Below are positions 36,933-39,657 of a DNA stretch of 39,657 nt, one piece after another (position 1 is the first letter of the stretch; each line of letters begins with the position of its first letter). Source of the DNA: Actinomycetota bacterium (lineage in GTDB: Bacteria; Actinomycetota; Actinomycetes; Nanopelagicales; Nanopelagicaceae). A program made the translations under genes and the position numbers. A model generated the notes under the pieces. The model saw nothing but the letters and a program-made list of their open reading frames with translations. It searched no databases and was not told the origin of the DNA. The stretch is from assembly GCA_009699825.1 (NCBI GenBank), contig WLNM01000001.1, forward strand, positions 1 to 39,657, given 5' to 3'.

Positions 36933-38900
36933 CTAAATTTTCTCGCGTTCCTTAACGCGTATTGCTACCTGAACAGGAGTGCCCGGGAATGAAAATTCCT
37001 CACGAAGTCGACGCTCTATAAACCTTCGGTAGGAAGCTTCAATCCAACCACTAGAAAATATGATGAATTTAGGCGGGGCGATACCGGCTTGAGTTGCGTA
37101 AAAGATTTTAGGTTGCTTTCCTCCACGAACTGGTGGTGGTGTGGCCCCAATAAGAGCCCCCAAGAAAGCATTCAATTTAGAAGTTGGAACGCGTTTTTCC
37201 CACGAATCAATTGCAGTACGTAAAGCTGGAGCCAGTCGATCCCTATGCCATCCAGTTTTTGCAGCAACATTTACTCTTTGGGCCCACTCCACTTGATCCA
37301 AATGTCGATCAATTTCTCGGTCAAGTTGGTCTCTGCGGTCTTCATCCACGAGATCCCATTTATTCATAACAATTACCATAGCTTTACCAGCTTCTTCCGC
37401 CATTGTAATAATACGTAAATCCTGCTCTGAAATTGCCTCACTCGCATCTAAAACAACAACAGCTACTTCGCAACGTTCCAATGCTGCTTGTGTACGAAGT
37501 GAAGCGTAGTAATCAGTACCACTAGCTTGATTAGAACGTTTACGTAAACCGGCCGTGTCAATAAATCTCCACGTTGAACCACCAAATGAGATCAATTCAT
37601 CAACAGGATCACGTGTAGTTCCAGCAATTTCAGAAACGATAGATCTTTCTTCACCCGCGAGAGCGTTCAATAAAGATGATTTTCCCACATTAGGACGTCC
37701 TATCAGAGCAACGCGTCGATAACCATCTTGGACCTGTGCTCTGCCAACTTCAGGTAAATGCGAAACGACTTTATCTAAGAGATCACCACTTCCTCGCCCA
37801 TGCAAAGCAGAAACAAAGAAGGGTTCACCTAAACCAAGACTCCATAATGAATGTGCATCTGATTCTTCACGTTCACTATCAACTTTGTTGGCAATAAGAA
37901 TTATAGGTTTCTTAGCTTTTCGTAATTCTTGAACCAGAACATCATCTTCATCCAACGCTCCAATTTGAGCATCCACGACAAAGCAAAGAACATCTGATTG
38001 CTCCATTGCGATTTCAGCGCCGGCACTGACCGCTATTGAAATTCCATCCGGTTTAGATTCCCAACCGCCTGTATCCATAACAATAAATCTACGACCGCCC
38101 CATTCGCATTCGTACTGCACACGATCTCGCGTTACTCCTGGAGTATCTTCAACGATTGCCTCGCGTCTGCCAATAAATCGATTTATTAACGTTGATTTCC
38201 CAACGTTTGGTCTGCCTAAGATTCCAACTATTGGTAAACCAAGTAAATTGCGCTCACGCAGCAACTCCCAGATTCGATCGACGGTTTCATCGAGGTTTAA
38301 CAGCGTTGAATCAATTAAAACTGCGTCCGTAGGCCTTTGCAATGGTGAAACCTTACGTGTTGTGTCAATCTGATCGCGACCTTCTAAAGAAGCCTTAACT
38401 TCTTGAGTGGAAACATCACTGTCAATCTCAGCTTCTCGTCTAGAAGCCCGCGATTGCAAATCAGCGGTAAGAAATAATTTCAAGGTAGCTTCTGGAGCAA
38501 CCACACTTCCAATATCTCTTCCTTCGACAACTATTCCCCGTTGTGCGTTCTTTATGTATTGACGTTGGATCGACAATAGTTCTTTTCTGATTTCAGGAAT
38601 CGCCGCTATATAACTTACGCGATCAGTTACTTCCTGTGAACGTATCGCAAGATTTACATCCGTTTGGCCAACGTGCAAAATCGGATTTTGAGGATCGCAG
38701 TTAAATTTCAAAGGAAAATGTTTCAGCAGATCTATAAGTTTGTGGGCATCTTCTTCATTTTTTTCTAAACTCAACCACGTAACGCCGCGATAAAGAGCAC
38801 CGGTATCTAAATAATTCCAGCCAGCGCGATGAGCAATTAATTTCGCCGTACTTGATTTGCCAGCCCCACTGGGACCATCAATAGCTACAACGATTCCCAT
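36933..38900 (-). CDS. cmk-der: Fused cytidylate kinase / ribosome biogenesis GTPase Der
   Basis: N-terminal [20 protein letters not shown] and VEGRDIG (Cmk), followed in frame by two GRPNVGKS GTPase domains and a KH-like tail. Confidence 0.93.
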   Translation of the reverse strand: MGIVVAIDGPSGAGKSSTAKLIAHRAGWNYLDTGALYRGVTWLSLEKNEEDAHKLIDLLKHFPLKFNCDPQNPILHVGQTDVNLAIRSQEVTDRVSYIAAIPEIRKELLSIQRQYIKNAQRGIVVEGRDIGSVVAPEATLKLFLTADLQSRASRREAEIDSDVSTQEVKASLEGRDQIDTTRKVSPLQRPTDAVLIDSTLLNLDETVDRIWELLRERNLLGLPIVGILGRPNVGKSTLINRFIGRREAIVEDTPGVTRDRVQYECEWGGRRFIVMDTGGWESKPDGISIAVSAGAEIAMEQSDVLCFVVDAQIGALDEDDVLVQELRKAKKPIILIANKVDSEREESDAHSLWSLGLGEPFFVSALHGRGSGDLLDKVVSHLPEVGRAQVQDGYRRVALIGRPNVGKSSLLNALAGEERSIVSEIAGTTRDPVDELISFGGSTWRFIDTAGLRKRSNQASGTDYYASLRTQAALERCEVAVVVLDASEAISEQDLRIITMAEEAGKAMVIVMNKWDLVDEDRRDQLDREIDRHLDQVEWAQRVNVAAKTGWHRDRLAPALRTAIDSWEKRVPTSKLNAFLGALIGATPPPVRGGKQPKIFYATQAGIAPPKFIIFSSGWIEASYRRFIERRLREEFSFPGTPVQVAIRVKEREKI

Positions 38901-38928
38901 GCCGTAATTCTACGGCTAGCCAGAGTGC

Positions 38929-39657
38929 TTAATTACTAGTTAAATGAACTTTCCAGCCTTGTTGTGTCAGAAAAAGCTCTAAAAATTGTGCTTTTTCCTC
39001 ATCTAAAATTGATAGCGTTACTAAACCAGTGTTTTGACCAGGCGTATGCTCTATCGAAACATCTTCTATATTGACACTTGCCGACGCACAATCATTAAAT
39101 ATTGCCGCCAATTGACCCGCTTTGTCATCAATAACAATATGTAGATAAATATATGATCGAGCCACATTTCCGTGTTTTCCGGGAATTAATTTTCGACCTC
39201 TGTTACCCAATTCAATAAATGATTGCGCAGCAGAAGAATTATTAAGTTCGGATTCGATCTTCTCCAAGCTTTTACGAAAATTACTTAAAACGGGAAGAAT
39301 ATTGGTTGCATTTTCACTGATGATGTCTTTCCATAAAAGGGGGTCTGAATCTGCGATGCGGGTGAAATCTCGAAAACCTTGCCCGATCAAAGCAAGCCAT
39401 TGTGGATCTGCTTCGATTAATTGAGCTGCCAAGAGACTAGCCAGCATTTGAGGAGTGTGAGATACCAGCGCCATTGCCCGATCATGGTTTTCTGGGTCCA
39501 TGTAAATAGGTACGCCGCCACATATGGAAATCAGTTCTGCTGCAACATCGATACTGTGTTTTTCAGCGGACTCCCCCGTCGTAACAATCCACGTGCGACC
39601 AGCAAATAAGTCACCACGAGCTGACTGTGGCCCGCTGATTTCGCGACCAGCCATAGG
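38929..39657 (-). CDS. tyrA: Prephenate dehydrogenase with C-terminal ACT domain, 5'-truncated by the window edge
   Basis: PMAGRE.SG...A..DLF, HDRAMALVSH.PQ, GQGFRDFTRIA.SDP.LW and ACT motif DKAGQLA. Confidence 0.9.
   Translation of the reverse strand, partial: PMAGREISGPQSARGDLFAGRTWIVTTGESAEKHSIDVAAELISICGGVPIYMDPENHDRAMALVSHTPQMLASLLAAQLIEADPQWLALIGQGFRDFTRIADSDPLLWKDIISENATNILPVLSNFRKSLEKIESELNNSSAAQSFIELGNRGRKLIPGKHGNVARSYIYLHIVIDDKAGQLAAIFNDCASASVNIEDVSIEHTPGQNTGLVTLSILDEEKAQFLELFLTQQGWKVHLTSN

Overview
A gene-dense, low-GC (roughly 40-43% by eye) actinobacterial chromosomal window. Gene content (mshC, pafBC, helY, tatAC, lnt-ppm1, garA-like FHA with two MerR genes, cmk-der fusion) and very short or overlapping intergenic spacers point to a streamlined freshwater actinobacterium such as acI/'Ca. 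Nanopelagicales'; this placement is inference. It holds about 41 housekeeping or conserved CDSs, one tRNA-Leu(GAG) and a clear FMN riboswitch ahead of a RibM/PnuC-type transporter. No mobile element or CRISPR array was seen. The best novelty candidate is a compact, GC-rich structured 5' leader (7734-7805, minus strand) on an NCS2/AzgA nucleobase permease, with an SD-sequestering stem and two mutually exclusive inner hairpins. I do not recognise it as any known riboswitch class. Also notable: the rib biosynthesis genes and the Pup-proteasome block are missing from their usual loci, while pafBC and the uncharacterised phosphatase/DUF3090/kinase-like trio beside mshC are kept. There are two matching palindromic MerR/FtsR-type operators and many leaderless promoters.
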